Shown here in pieces: positions 13,166-25,140 of a stretch of 64,000 nucleotides of DNA. Below the pieces are notes generated by a model. It searched no databases, was not told the origin of the DNA, and was given only the letters and a program-made list of their open reading frames with translations. The stretch lies in assembly GCF_004010195.1 (NCBI RefSeq), contig NC_057717.1:102588572-102652571 (forward strand), in the 5' to 3' direction. This stretch comes from Chiloscyllium plagiosum. Its lineage: Eukaryota. Positions within the stretch are counted from its first letter, which is position 1; each line of letters starts with the position of its first letter. The translations under genes were made by a program, and so were the position numbers.

Positions 13166-13379
13166 AATGCCACTCTCCAGTTCTTGAACAGTAACCCTGG
13201 AGCTAACAACACTTCAATCTACCTGGATGGGTACATGAATAGGAGAGGTTTAGAGGGATATGGGCCAAATGCCGGCAAATGGGACTAGATTAATTTATGA
13301 TATCTGGTCGGCATGGACGAGTTAGACCGAAGGGTCTGTACATCTCTATGACTTTAAGCGCATTCCAAGTATTGTCTCA

Positions 13380-13490
13380 TCAAGGTGTGGGGGTGCCAGT
13401 GTTGGACCAAGTGAAAAATCACACCACACCAGGTTACAGACTTCCAAATAAACATGTTAGACCATAATCTGGTGCGGTGTGATTTTTCAC
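13380..13490. mobile_element. Short palindromic family-B Penelope-like mini-element
   Basis: gtgaaaaatcacacc...ggtgtgatttttcac inverted ends; TGTCTCA direct repeat at 13373 and 13491. Confidence 0.6.
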
Positions 13491-13559
13491 TGTCTCACTA
13501 AGAGCAAACTATTGATGCAACCATTGGTATAAAATGCCTTTCGAAAAAAGATCTATTCA

Positions 13560-14407
13560 GGTGTAGTGATCGATTTCCCTCAAATATCTCTCAACCTGGA
13601 AACAATTCGTTCGGCAGGCTGCAAGTAACCAGCCTTCCCTGTTTGGACTGCAGCTGGGCATTTTATTTTGCATTAGAGTAGTCGTGGAAAAAAAAAGTAA
13701 TTTAATGAATGAATAGGGCGCCTCCTTTGGAATCAAGTTGCACGGAGATAAAATTTCGATTGACTTTCTCTCTTTGCGAATTCTTTCTCCTAACTTGTTG
13801 CTCTCTCTCTCTCTCTCTCAGCCCTAGGGATAAAAAAAAGACACTGACAGATCAGTGCGGCCAATTGGAAGTTGATGGAGCTAAACTTGGGGCCAATCTC
13901 GTTTGCTGGACAAAGTGAGTTTCGGATGTGAGCTGAGGCCAGCTATGATTTGCTGAGGGTTTTATTGTTTCTCTGTGGTGTCAGTGTCAATGTATTCGAA
14001 AGAAATCCATTTCTCTCTCTCCTTAAACATCGTCACATGTAAATAGGGGGGTGGGGGAGGAGGAGAAATCGAGTGTAACTTCCTCGGATCTTTTTTTTAA
14101 AAAAAAAATCCTCATCTCTTCCACCCCCACCCCCCACTTTTTTTTTAAGAAAAATGTCGAGTGAAGAAGTCTTGTAAAATCAGTGCCTGCACAGAACAAG
14201 AGAGAGGGAGCAGCTTTAACTTTCTCCTGGTCCTGCGGTGTACAGGCAACAGTATAGATGTAGCACCTATACACGCTGTGAGGGACTTGGAAACTTTAAA
14301 ACACACACACACACACACAACTGTCTTCAGAGGGGGGAAGGAGGAGGAGGTGAACAATTGGGAGAGAAAGAGAGACCAAAAAAAAAGGAAATTCATGTCA
14401 TTTGGAG
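13560..14407 (+). promoter_or_regulatory. Putative collagen promoter / 5' UTR with two CCAAT boxes (13861, 13893), (CT)n, (CA)n and G/C tracts
   Basis: TE-free stretch directly upstream of exon 1. CCAATTGG at 13861 and GGCCAATC at 13891. No obvious TATA box. TSS cannot be determined from sequence. Confidence 0.55.
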
Positions 14408-14489
14408 ATGGAACAACGGGACATCAGGAAGAGGCAGCTGTCAGCCCGAGTGATTTTATTTGTGGTAACACTGACAATTGTCAAAGCAG
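14408..14489 (+). CDS. col5a3: Clade-B fibrillar collagen (probable alpha-3(V)), coding exon 1: signal peptide MEQRDIRKRQLSARVILFVVTLTIVKA
   Basis: ATG in strong context (gagATGg). Basic N-region, hydrophobic core and VKA cleavage-like end. Canonical donor CAG|GTAAGT at 14489/14490, phase 1, joining exon 2 in frame (G+AG=E). Lies in a repeat-free, promoter-like region. Confidence 0.8.
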
Positions 14490-17400
14490 GTAAGTGGACT
14501 TCTTTAAATGCACTGTCTCAGCTCCCCTTTAGGAAACACACTTTCCTCTTGCACTGGTTTCGTGACTTTTAAAAATGTGTGTACTTTTAGTTTCCAGGAC
14601 AGACCTCGTGGTGAAAAGCATTATGCTGGAAATAAAGCGATTGTGGTAGTGTTGCAAATAGGCAAAGATTCTCTACTCCAACTTTTCCACCGCCTTTTTT
14701 TTAAAAAAATGTTATGTGTTCCACTCTCGGAATTTAAACAAAACTGTTTCCCAAAAGAGCAAGTTTTACCCATAACAGTCCACCCCCTCGTATTTGCTGT
14801 GCTTTTCTCTGACCGCCAGTAACTAGGGTTGTTCAATTAATTTTCCCAATGAGAAGTGACAGTTAACTGAATTTCTTTTTCCCTGCAGTATTGATCTATT
14901 GTCTGTCGCGGGTTGGTGGAAACAGAGGCATTGTGTTTTACATTGTCATTAACAGCATCATTTGTCAAACTCTTTCTCTGTGTTTTGTTATAGCATCGTC
15001 CTTGACACCATCTCCCCTCAGTCCTGCATCTGAACGTGAACTGTACAGTACAGTACAGTAACGCTGCAGAGTGACTGGGGCTGCAAGTGCTTTTTAGGGA
15101 ATGCAGCTATTCAGTCTTAAAAGGGCAATTTGTTCTTAAAGAGGTAATGGCGCGGTTTGGAACAAACCCCAGGTTACGGCACTGTTGGGGTGGCCATGTG
15201 ATCAAAGGTTAAGCCTGTGGTTTCTGATTTGGAGGCTTAGATTGTAATGCTGAAAATCAGTGGCAAAGCAGTGTGGTGGGCCCCACCTGTTGACCTCATT
15301 CTGGAGAGATCGGAAGTTCTTCTTGGACGGTTGCGGATGGGGCTTGGCATGGTGCTGACCGCAGGAATGCCTGAGCTAATGGGAATTCCCTTTTGAGAAC
15401 GTGGTGCCCTGTTTCTGAGGGTGTGCTAGGCCAGGCTAGGCTAGACTTGCTGCCAGCTGCAGTACCTTTTTAGCCTCAGGAGCTAAGAAAGAAAATTAGA
15501 AAAGGTTGAGGTGGGGGATGGGCTTGAGGGTCAGGGGTAGCAGACTTCCCTTCGGATTGCTAATGGCTCACACAATGTCTCATCCCAATGTCAGGTCAAA
15601 CTCAAGGGGCTGAATGGCCTGCTGCATTGATTTTGCTTTTTTTTGTGATTCTCTCCACCCGTCTGTTTGAGGTGTGCAGCCCAGATACGTGCTGCAGAAT
15701 GAGCGAGGGGCTTTGTGAAATCCTTTCGTACGATTTCAGAACAGGCCTGGGCTAAGTGATCCGTAAGTGTCATTGCAGCTCATGTGTGTAAAAGCTACAA
15801 GTTTATCATTAGTCCCCACTTCGTGTACAGGAGTGAACGTCGCAGGGTGTTGGTCTCTGCAAGGACTTGCCCCCGTGGCTGGGTTGCCAGGGGGTTCAGA
15901 GTTGGCAGAATTGTAGCTTGGCACGGATGGGATTTAAAACAAATCTGGCTTTTTCTCTTTTTCCTGCTGCAGTTTTCCCACTGACCTCCCTGCAGAGGTC
16001 CAGGCAAGGGGTTTCTGCTCTGGTCCCCTCCTACACAGTTCCCACTGGAATGTGCTGGGGTCAGCGATTCCAGTCATAGTCATTGTCCCCTCCTGACCTG
16101 CAGCCCCACAGCTGTCTGCCGTCCCAGGATGAGTTGCTAACACTGGCTCTCGGCCCGTTCATTTTGTCCAAATTCAGGCTGCCAGGCCGACCTGATGTCC
16201 CTCTCTGTGTCCACTCTCGCTATCTTCCCTTCAGGACGAAGTGAGTTTGAAATTTGCAATTAAAAGTAACCACAACAGGGTCACTCTTGGCTTTCCCCTG
16301 AGGGCAGTACTTGAGCAGGGAACTGGATGTCTGCGTCTCTCTGACTATCTTCTGAAGTTTATCGTTGTGTGGCTGCTGGCTGTTACATAATGCAGCACTC
16401 GAGACGGTGAGCAGGAATGTGCTCAAACATGGATCCCCCTTTTGGAGATATTAGGGTAGGTGACCAGATTGGGACCAGTGCAGGTACAGCACAGCTTTGG
16501 CAATACCAACTAGATGGACCGAAGAGCCTCCTTGCCCCGAATGATTCTGTAATTTTATAGCTTGATGGAGTGTCTTAAGTGAGCAGAGAGAGAGAGAGAG
16601 GTTGAGGGAAAGAATTCCAGACCTTTGGATGCAGGCAGGTGAAAAAGCAATGCCACCACTGATGGTAAGATGGAGCAGGAGGCAGGGATCAGCGGAATGT
16701 AGAGATCTCAGGAGGATCATAGGATTGGAGAAGGTTACAGACAGACAGTGTGGGCATTGGATACCACGGAGTGAGATTTAAATTCCAGGGGTCGCTGCAC
16801 TGTGAGATAACATAACTGAGAGGTCCACCTTGCCTGAAATCATGCCTGAAATCAATGTTTTTGTTGTCATTATTGGTACAAGTATTAATCTCCAACAGAA
16901 CACGGAATGAAATCTCATAGCAAATGCCATGCAGAGGTCTGCAAATCCATCCTGTACCTCACTTTCAGGCTCCAGCTCAGTCTGTGGGAACTCTCAAATC
17001 ACATCAGGTGGTTGTGCGCTGTAAAACCAGCCCAGAGACTCGGCTACAACACCCACACTTTGACAGAGTGAGGGAGCGCTGCCTGTGTTTGCACGGGGCA
17101 CTGACCTGAAGCCTATTAAGTGGATGTTAAAGATTTAGAGGCATAACTTTGCAGAAAAGGAGCAGGGAACTTTTCTTTGCAAATCTTCACTCAGAGGGTC
17201 ATAAAGATATACAGCACAGAAACAAATCCTTCAGTCCAACTTGTCCATGCCGACCAGATATCCCAAATGAATCCATTCTCATTTACCAGCAGAGGGATTG
17301 GGGATATGGGCTCCTTTGCAAGAAAATAGGTGATTAAGGCCAAGTTGTTTCTGGAATCTTGCTGTGCATACATCAGGATTGCGCAATAGCTCTGAATGGG

Positions 17401-17737
17401 ATAATGTTCAGGAGATAATAGCTCCACCTACTCTGCACATGTCTCAGAGTCTGAGAATGGAGACAGGGGTGTTCTATTCCAGTTTAAGGAGGGAGTAGCT
17501 GAAACTGGACCAGCTCCCTAAGGTCCGAGTCATTCCCCTTGAGAAATTCCCTCGTACCTACTGTGATTATGCAATAAGTCTTTCTATCTCAGAAAGTCCT
17601 GTTCTGTAGATACATCATGTTGTGTATCCTCCACCTTTAGATAGGCCTAAGTCAAGGGAGGTTTGGTGACATTGAACCACCCTCACCCAGTGCCCCATGT
17701 TGTTAGAAGTGACACATGCCGCAAGGTACCAGCAGTG

Positions 17738-18315
17738 GTCATGGAGTTACAAAGTCTGCAGCGTGGAAACAGGCCCTTCAGCCCAACTAGCCCATGCAGA
17801 CCAGTTGTCACAATCTGAACTAGTCCCATTTGCCTGTGTTTGGTCTAATCCCTCCATACCTGTCCCATTCATGGACCTATCTAAATGTTTCTCAACTGAC
17901 GAAATTGCATTTGCTTCCACCACTACCTCTGGCAGCCTGCTCCAGACACTCACTAACCTCGATGTGAAAATGTTGCCCCTCTGGACCCTTTTTATCTTTC
18001 CCCTCTCATCTGAAACCTATTCCCTCTAGTTTCAGACTCCCCTATGTGGGGTAAAGTTGTCTGCTATCTACCTTATCTGTGCCCCTCAATAAGGTCACCC
18101 CTCAGTCTCTTATGTTACAGGGAAAGAAGTCCCAGCCTTTCTGACCTGTCTTTACAACTGAAGCCTTCCCGTCCAGGTGGCACCCCAGTAAACCTTTCCT
18201 GCACTCTTAATAGTTCAATAATATCCTTCCCTTCCTATAGCAGGACAACCAGAATTGCCCACAGTACTCCAAATGTGGCCTCACCAACATCTTGTACAGC
18301 TGCAACTAGATGTTC
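17738..18315 (-). mobile_element. CR1 LINE 3' fragment
   Basis: SVWSRLPEVVVEANAISSVEKHLDRSM on the minus strand. Confidence 0.85.
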
Positions 18316-18319
18316 CAAC

Positions 18320-18470
18320 ATACACACACGCACACACACACACACACATATATATAATGTATATGCACACACATGAATATGTAAAAACACGTGTAGTATG
18401 TAAGTGTGTCTACTCATACGTGAATGCATACTCACATGTACAGGCATGCACACACACATACAAACACACA
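18320..18470. repeat. (CA)n/(TA)n compound microsatellite
   Basis: Directly visible. Confidence 0.9.
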
Positions 18471-18473
18471 TAT

Positions 18474-18822
18474 GGACCAGGTTAACAGCCCCAATCAGGG
18501 AACTCAGATTCTATGAGATCCATGTGGCTGACCTCGTTACAATCTCTACATAAACCAATTAACATTTTGAATTAACCTTGCAACTCATTAGAACCTTTCC
18601 CTGAGAAGGGTCACTTGACCTCAGAGAATCTGAGTTCCCTGATTGGGGCTTTTAACCTGGTCCAATCAGGGAGCCCTGACTGACAGATACAAACAGGAGG
18701 GTCAGAGGTTCTGTTCACTCTGAGAGCTGGCTCTGAAGGAGCTGGGCCAGTGTCATGGACTCTCCGGGTGTATATAACGGGAGACTTGGTGATAGGAAAC
18801 CAGCCTCTCTGGAGTTATTTCA
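18474..18822. mobile_element. LTR-like composite, copy 1 (partial LTR(-), spacer, LTR(+))
   Basis: Inverted homolog of 19298-19648; ends ggagttatttCA. Confidence 0.7.
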
Positions 18823-19297
18823 TCAAGTGTGGATTCAAGGGACAGCAGCCCCCACCCCAGGTCCCACACAGCTCATTTATTTCTATAGTTTCTCTATTAT
18901 CTCCATGATGCCTCTTGGAAGTTTCTTGTCCTTGACATCTCCTGCTCCATTGCTCCCATTACAAACTGAATCTGCTGAGCAGCCAGCATCCTACTGGAAA
19001 TGGTTGTCCCTCCTCAGGCAGTATTCCACCCCATCCCATCCCACTCATGTACCTGTCCTTGCAAATCACATCTCTATCACTCACCTCCCTTCCTTCTTCA
19101 CTTGAATGTCTTCCTCACAAATCCACGCCCATTTTGGAATCTCTTTGATCATGCTGACCGCAGCTTGGTGAAGTGAGTAAAGATTGGCGAGTGCTTGTGG
19201 TTAATGTCTTTGGCCAAGTCAACTTACTGCCAAGGCTCCCCATTGTCTGAACTGGGGTGGGGCAGGGGGTGGTGATGTCCCTTGAATCCACAATTAA

Positions 19298-19806
19298 TGA
19301 AATAACTCCAGAGAGGTTGGTATCCTGTCACCAAATCACCCTTTAGTGTCACATGGAGAGTTCCTTGACACTGATCCAGCTCCCTCAGAGCCAGCTCTCA
19401 GAGTGAGCAGAATCTCTGACCCTCCTGTTGATATCTGTCAGCCAGGGCTCCCTGATTGGGGTTGTTAACCTAGTCCAATCAGGGAACTCAGATTCTATGA
19501 GGTCAAGTGACCCTTCTCAGGGCAAGGTTCTGATGAGTTGCAAGGTTCATTCAAAATTTTAATTGGTTTATGTAGAGATTGTAACAAGATCAGCCAGGTG
19601 GATCTCACTGAATCTGAGTTCCCTGATTGTACCAGGTTAACAGCCCCAATCAGGGAGTCCTGGCTGACAGATTTAAACAGGAGGGTCATAGGTTCTCTTC
19701 ACTCCAGGGACTGGCTCTGAGTTGGCTGGTCATGGTCCATGTGCAGAGCACATGTGAATAAAGGGTGACTTGGTGATGGGATACCGGTCTCCATGGAGTT
19801 ATTTCA
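19298..19806. mobile_element. LTR-like composite, copy 2: 5'-truncated LTR(-) 19298-19504, about 75-bp spacer, complete 227-bp solo-LTR-like unit (+) 19580-19806
   Basis: The unit begins TGTAAC, ends TTTCA and contains CCAAT, a TATA-like gatttaaa and AATAAA. Outer ends are inverted: TGAAATAACTCCA / TGGAGTTATTTCA. Confidence 0.7.
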
Positions 19807-20528
19807 GTTTGAATATTGAATCCTGACTGCAGCGCTCAAATTGACACCTCCCAGCGTTTAATTTAGTAAAATTTGCAAATTTAACACACTGGTCCAACTC
19901 ATCTCGTATCCTACAAAATGAAGCTCTTCTATGTTCATAGCCAATATTACTGTATTTTCTGTCCGGACTCCAGTGAACGTGCATGTGGACCAGATTCTTT
20001 TTTTGAATAGACAAAATTTATAAATGGTATTAATCAATGTGTCGTTATGTCTGGCGACGAGGTTGTTAACCAAAACACAGGTTTATTATAGGGACAGGAA
20101 AGTTGGAAAGTCTGCGCACATTTTACAAATTCTTAAAGAACCCATTTACCTAGAGCAGGTTAATGTCCAGACATTGAAAAACATGATCCTTCAATCTCCC
20201 TCTGAATGGCTTCCTACAATGGTGTAGAGTCTTGGTGGAATTGCACCTGGAGTGTTGTGTGTGATTTTGGTCACTTAGTTAAGGAAGGACTAAACACCTC
20301 TGCAATTATGACCACACACTGAGTATCAAGGGGAAGCATGCACTGGCACGTTACTGGCCTTTCAAGACCAGGGGGCATCGCAGGGGCGGTGGTAACGTTT
20401 TTGATAAGTTTCCATGCCGGTGTTTCCAAGTTAAATTTTGTTTACCCCTACAGGGGCTTTTTAACCAGATCAATGCTTTCATTTAAATCAATAGAGAGAG
20501 AGAGAGAGTGCAACAGAGGTTCACCAGA

Positions 20529-20667
20529 ATAATCAGTTCTGAGGAGGGGTCACTCGACCCCAAAACGTTAACTGTTTCTCTCCCCACAGATGCTGCCAGG
20601 CGTGCTGAGCTTTTCCAGCAATTTCTGTTTTGGTTTCTGATTTACAGCAGTTCAACTTGTTTCTTTC
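20529..20667 (+). mobile_element. Penelope-like pLTR (family C) inserted in a CR1 fragment
   Basis: Begins with a hammerhead-like motif; TCACCAGA direct repeat at 20521 and 20668. Confidence 0.7.
20534..20574 (+). ncRNA. Minimal type-I hammerhead ribozyme-like motif (G12 mutated to A)
   Basis: CAGTT-CTGAGGA-GGGGTC-ACTC-GACCCC-AAAAC-GTT-AACTG; stems I and II pair perfectly. Confidence 0.65.
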
Positions 20668-21945
20668 TCACCAGACTCATTCCTAGGTTGGTGGGACTTT
20701 GTGACGGGCCTGTACTCTCTAGAGTTCAGAAGAATGAGAGGTGATTTCATTGAAACTTACAAAATTCTTAATGGGTCGGATGCAGAAGGGGTGTTTCCCC
20801 AGGGTAGGGGTGTGTGTGGAACCAGGGTCACGGTTTCTTTGCTGTCGATACTACTTAATAGTCAGAGTCGACTCATTTAGGAGTTGGAAGAGGAGGCATT
20901 TCTGCATTTGGATGGTGGTGAGTCTTTGGAATTTTTTGCTTCAGAGGGCTGGTGAGGCTTAGTCATTGAGTGCGTTCAAGATAGAGATTAGTAGATTTCT
21001 GGATACCCAATAAATTAAGGGATGCAGGCATAGTATGGGGAAAGTTGCTTTGAGGTTGATGATCAGCTGTGCGCTGGGACGGTGGAACAGTTTCAACAGG
21101 CCCCATGACCTACTCCAGACCTATTTCCGTCTCCATCACTATCTCATACTCGCTGACACTCCCCAGGCAGACCTAAGAGTTCCATCAGTTGTTGGGAAAG
21201 AAATACAACTTGCATGTATCGGAGAACAATGTGGAGCTCTCAATTTGAACAAACTAATCTCTTCAGTTTGTAGTTTCTTTGGAACAATTACACGCTTGAA
21301 TGACAAAATCATTGGTAGGCATTCCAATCCCCTTTAATCTCGGGAGTTCATTGACGTCTGTAATTCGTTCGAATTGTTCTAAATTAGCCACCATCAGGTA
21401 AATATCCCTAACCAGCTGGAGGACCACATTGCAATTCAGAAGAGTTTAAATTAAACTGTTATTACTTTTCTTCTCTGGAATTACTGAGAGTTTTGTGCAG
21501 TAGTCAAGCTTCCATTAGAAGGGAGTCAGCTCCGATTCCAATTATACTCCAGCTTCAGCCCTGGGTGTTGTTGCATCTCTCTTGTGTTCTTGACATTCCT
21601 CCTGCTGACGCGGATTGAGCTTTCCAAGTTGTTGGAAGAGGAGGCTTAGTTGGAGCAGAAGCACAAGCTGGTCGGGCTGAATGGTCTGTTTCTGTATTCT
21701 TAAATACTTCGGAGTCGTCAGTACAGTTAGGGCAAAGCATTTTCTTTGAAAACTGATTCTGACAGAGCTAACAGCTCACGTAATATTTAATATTTTTTCT
21801 ATTTCTTTTTCAAGGATCATCTCAATTGAAATATAAACGTGAGCACAGAATAGTTGTTGCCTCCTTTTTTATTTGATCTTGTGGTTTCTGCCTCTCACTC
21901 ACCACAGTCAGCGTACAGTTGTGCTGACTTGTGGCACAGTGGTAA

Positions 21946-22922
21946 TAGAACATAGAACATAGAACATAGAAGAATACAGCGCAGTACAGGCCCTTTGGCC
22001 CTCGATGTTGCGCCATTCCAAGCCCACCTAACCTACACTAGCCCACTATCCTCCATATGCCTATCCAATGCCCGCTTAAATGCCCATAATGAGGGAGAGT
22101 CCACCACTGCTACTGGCAGGGCATTCCATGAACTCATGACCCGCTGAGTACACCGTCTTCCTAACCTGCAATCTTCTTCCTGACCTCTCCGCCCCCACTC
22201 CACTCCGGCNNNNNNNNNNNNNNNNNNNNNNNNNNNNNNNNNNNNNNNNNNNNNNNNNNNNNNNNNNNNNNNNNNNNNNNNNNNNNNNNNNNNNNNNNNN
22301 NNNNNNNNNNNNNNNNNNNNNNNNNNNNNNNNNNNNNNNNNNNNNNNNNNNNNNNNNNNNNNNNNNNNNNNNNNNNNNNNNNNNNNNNNNNNNNNNNNNN
22401 NNNNNNNNNNNNNNNNNNNNNNNNNNNNNNNNNNNNNNNNNNNNNNNNNNNNNNNNNNNNNNNNNNNNNNNNNNNNNNNNNNNNNNNNNNNNNNNNNNNN
22501 NNNNNNNNNNNNNNNNNNNNNNNNNNNNNNNNNNNNNNNNNNNNNNNNNNNNNNNNNNNNNNNNNNNNNNNNNNNNNNNNNNNNNNNNNNNNNNNNNNNN
22601 NNNNNNNNNNNNNNNNNNNNNNNNNNNNNNNNNNNNNNNNNNNNNNNNNNNNNNNNNNNNNNNNNNNNNNNNNNNNNNNNNNNNNNNNNNNNNNNNNNNN
22701 NNNNNNNNNNNNNNNNNNNNNNNNNNNNNNNNNNNNNNNNNNNNNNNNNNNNNNNNNNNNNNNNNNNNNNNNNNNNNNNNNNNNNNNNNNNNNNNNNNNN
22801 NNNNNNNNNNNNNNNNNNNNNNNNNNNNNNNNNNNNNNNNNNNNNNNNNNNNNNNNNNNTTACTAAAATCCATATACACCACATTTACCGCTTTCCCCTC
22901 GTCCACCTCCTTAGTCACCTTC
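21946..22922 (-). mobile_element. CR1/HER1 LINE fragment(s) spanning a gap; the 3' end belongs to the same young subfamily as 1-596
   Basis: SSWNALPVAVVDSPSLWAFKRALDRHMEDSGLV; RT motif TKEVDEGKAVNVVYMDFS on the other side of the gap. Confidence 0.85.
22210..22859. other. Assembly gap (others at 24733-24921, 30918-31279 and 38744-38849)
   Basis: Runs of N. Confidence 1.
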
Positions 22923-23191
22923 TAGGCTAGAAGGTCTGTACCTCTAGGCTAGAAGGTTGTGGGTTCATGCCCCGTCAGTATGTTATATACCTGTCTAAGC
23001 AGGTTGATAGAAAATATAAGATTTTGTACTTCTCCAATGTACATGAGTGAAGGAATACGGAGCTAGATCAGTTTTTTTTCTGGGATTGAAAAGAGAGACT
23101 GCTGGAAAAAGTCAACAAGTCTGAGTTATGCCACAGGTACATAGGGTGGTAAAGAAGGCGTTTAGCATGTTTGCCTTCATTGCTGAGACCA

Positions 23192-23398
23192 GGCGAAAGT
23201 GAGGACTGCAGACGCTTGAGATCAGAGTCAAGATTAGAGTGGTGCTGGAAAAGCAGGTCAGGCAGTATCCGAAGAGCAGGAAAATCGACGTTTCGAGCAT
23301 AAGTTCTTCATCAGGAATGTTTATGCTCGAAATGTCGATTCTCCTGCTCCTTGGGTGCTGCTTGACCATCTGTGCTTTTCTAGCACCCACACTTTTCA
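23192..23398. mobile_element. Palindromic Penelope-derived mini-element (family A)
   Basis: aaagtgaggactgcag...cgacgtttcgagcataag...tatgctcgaaatgtcg... Confidence 0.75.
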
Positions 23399-23609
23399 AG
23401 CTGAAACAGCCACCTGAACTGGCAGGTAGGGTTAATATTTCGTACAGACATTGGCATCTCTGACAGTGCAGCACCCCTGCAGATGAGACAGTGAGCTCAG
23501 GCTATCTGTCTGTCTGGGTGGGTGGGTTTAACAATCTCCTTGTACTATTTGTCGGAAGAACAAGGAGAGTTCTTCCCCAGCGTCCTGGCCAATTCCTCAG
23601 TCTTTTTTT

Positions 23610-23970
23610 CAATTAATTCATTTGCGGGAGTTACTGGCTGGGTCAGTATTTATTGCCCATCCCTAGTTGCCCCTTGACAAGGTGGGAGTGAGCTGCCTTC
23701 CTGAACCGCTGCAGCCCACCTACTGTGGGTTGATCCACAATGCCCTTAGGGACGGAATTCCAGGATTTGATCCAGCGACACTGAAGGAACAGCGATATGT
23801 TTCCAAGTCAGGATGGTGGGTGGCTTGGAGGGGAGCTTGCATGTGGTGGTGTTCCCATGTATCTGCTGCCCTTGTCCTTCTGGATGGAAGTGGTCGTGGG
23901 TTTGGAAGGTGCTGTCTGAGGATCTTTGGTGAATTTCTGCAGTGCATCTCGTACACACTGCTGCTTCTGA
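23610..23970 (-). mobile_element. 3' end / UTR of the LINE family seen at 45760-46915
   Basis: The rc contains gaaggacaagggcagcagatacatgggaacaccacc...aagccacccaccatcctgacttggaaac, shared with 46820-46910. Confidence 0.7.
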
Positions 23971-24034
23971 GCATCTTCATTGCGAGAAAGCGGATTATTG
24001 GCCCATTGTCCTATTGCTGTTTGTCGGAGCAGGA

Positions 24035-24386
24035 TAGAATCATAGAATCCCTACAGTGTGGGAACAGGCCATTTGGCCCGACATGTCCACACCGACCCTC
24101 CAAGGAGATCCCACTCAGACTCATTCCCCTATTATTCTACACCCCCCCTGACTAATGCACCTAGCCTACGCACCCCTGAACACTATGGGCAGTTTCCCAT
24201 GGCCAATCCACTCTAGCCTGCACATCTTTGGATTGTGGGAGGAAACCGGAGCACCCGGAGGAAACCCACACAGACACGGGGAGGATGTGCAAACTCCACA
24301 CAGACAGTTGCCCAAGGGTGAAATTGAACCCAGATCCCTGGTGCTGTGAGGCAACAGTGCTAACCACTAAGCCACAGTGCCACCCC
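24035..24386 (-). mobile_element. HE1-like SINE
   Basis: Full antisense copy. Confidence 0.88.
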
Positions 24387-24529
24387 GTTGCATTTCTGAT
24401 CTGACAGATGTGACTACACTTAGAAAAGCACTTGTCTGAAGTAGTTTGAGACAACATGGAAAGCACCGTGGAAGTGCAAGTCTTTCCTTCAAACTCCAGC
24501 TAGACATATAAGTTATGTGGCAAAAGTGA

Positions 24530-25140
24530 GGATCTTCCACTTCGGAACACTTCAACCCCAGGGCATCAATGTGGACTTCACTAATTTGCTCATTTTCCTT
24601 CCCCCCACCTTACCTCAGATCCAACCTTCCAGCTCAGCACCGTCCTCATGACCTATCCTACCTGACAATCTCCCTTCCCACCTATCTGCTCCACCCTCCT
24701 CTCTGACCTATCACCTCCATCCCCACCCCTATNNNNNNNNNNNNNNNNNNNNNNNNNNNNNNNNNNNNNNNNNNNNNNNNNNNNNNNNNNNNNNNNNNNN
24801 NNNNNNNNNNNNNNNNNNNNNNNNNNNNNNNNNNNNNNNNNNNNNNNNNNNNNNNNNNNNNNNNNNNNNNNNNNNNNNNNNNNNNNNNNNNNNNNNNNNN
24901 NNNNNNNNNNNNNNNNNNNNNACCCTCCTCTCTGACCTGTCACCTCCATCCCCACCTCCATTCACCTATTGTACTCTTTGCTACCTTCTCCCCAGCCCCA
25001 CCCTACCATTTATCTCTCCACCCTGGAGGCTTCCTGCCTCAATTCCTGATGAAAGGCTTTTGTTGCCCGAAACGTCGATTTTTCTGCTCCTCGGATGCTG
25101 CCTGACCTGCTGTGCTTTTCCAGCACCACTCTGATCTAAA
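24530..25140 (+). mobile_element. Penelope-like 3' fragment plus pLTR (contains a gap)
   Basis: IFHFGTLQPQGINVDF C-terminus, C/T-rich UTR and family-A terminus. Confidence 0.8.
25043..25079 (+). ncRNA. Minimal hammerhead ribozyme-like motif with intact catalytic core
   Basis: CTGATGA(25046)-aaggc...gccc-GAAAC(25069)-GTC; stem I is weak. Confidence 0.6.

Noticed and set aside
14161..14493. 110-aa ORF as the first coding exon
   Set aside because: It starts at GTG, runs through (CA)n and poly-A tracts, and is out of frame with exon 2. The signal peptide is in another frame starting at 14408.
24693..24956. 35-bp direct repeat on either side of the gap at 24733-24921
   Set aside because: Most simply an unresolved overlap or short tandem duplication in a Penelope UTR; cannot be evaluated across Ns.
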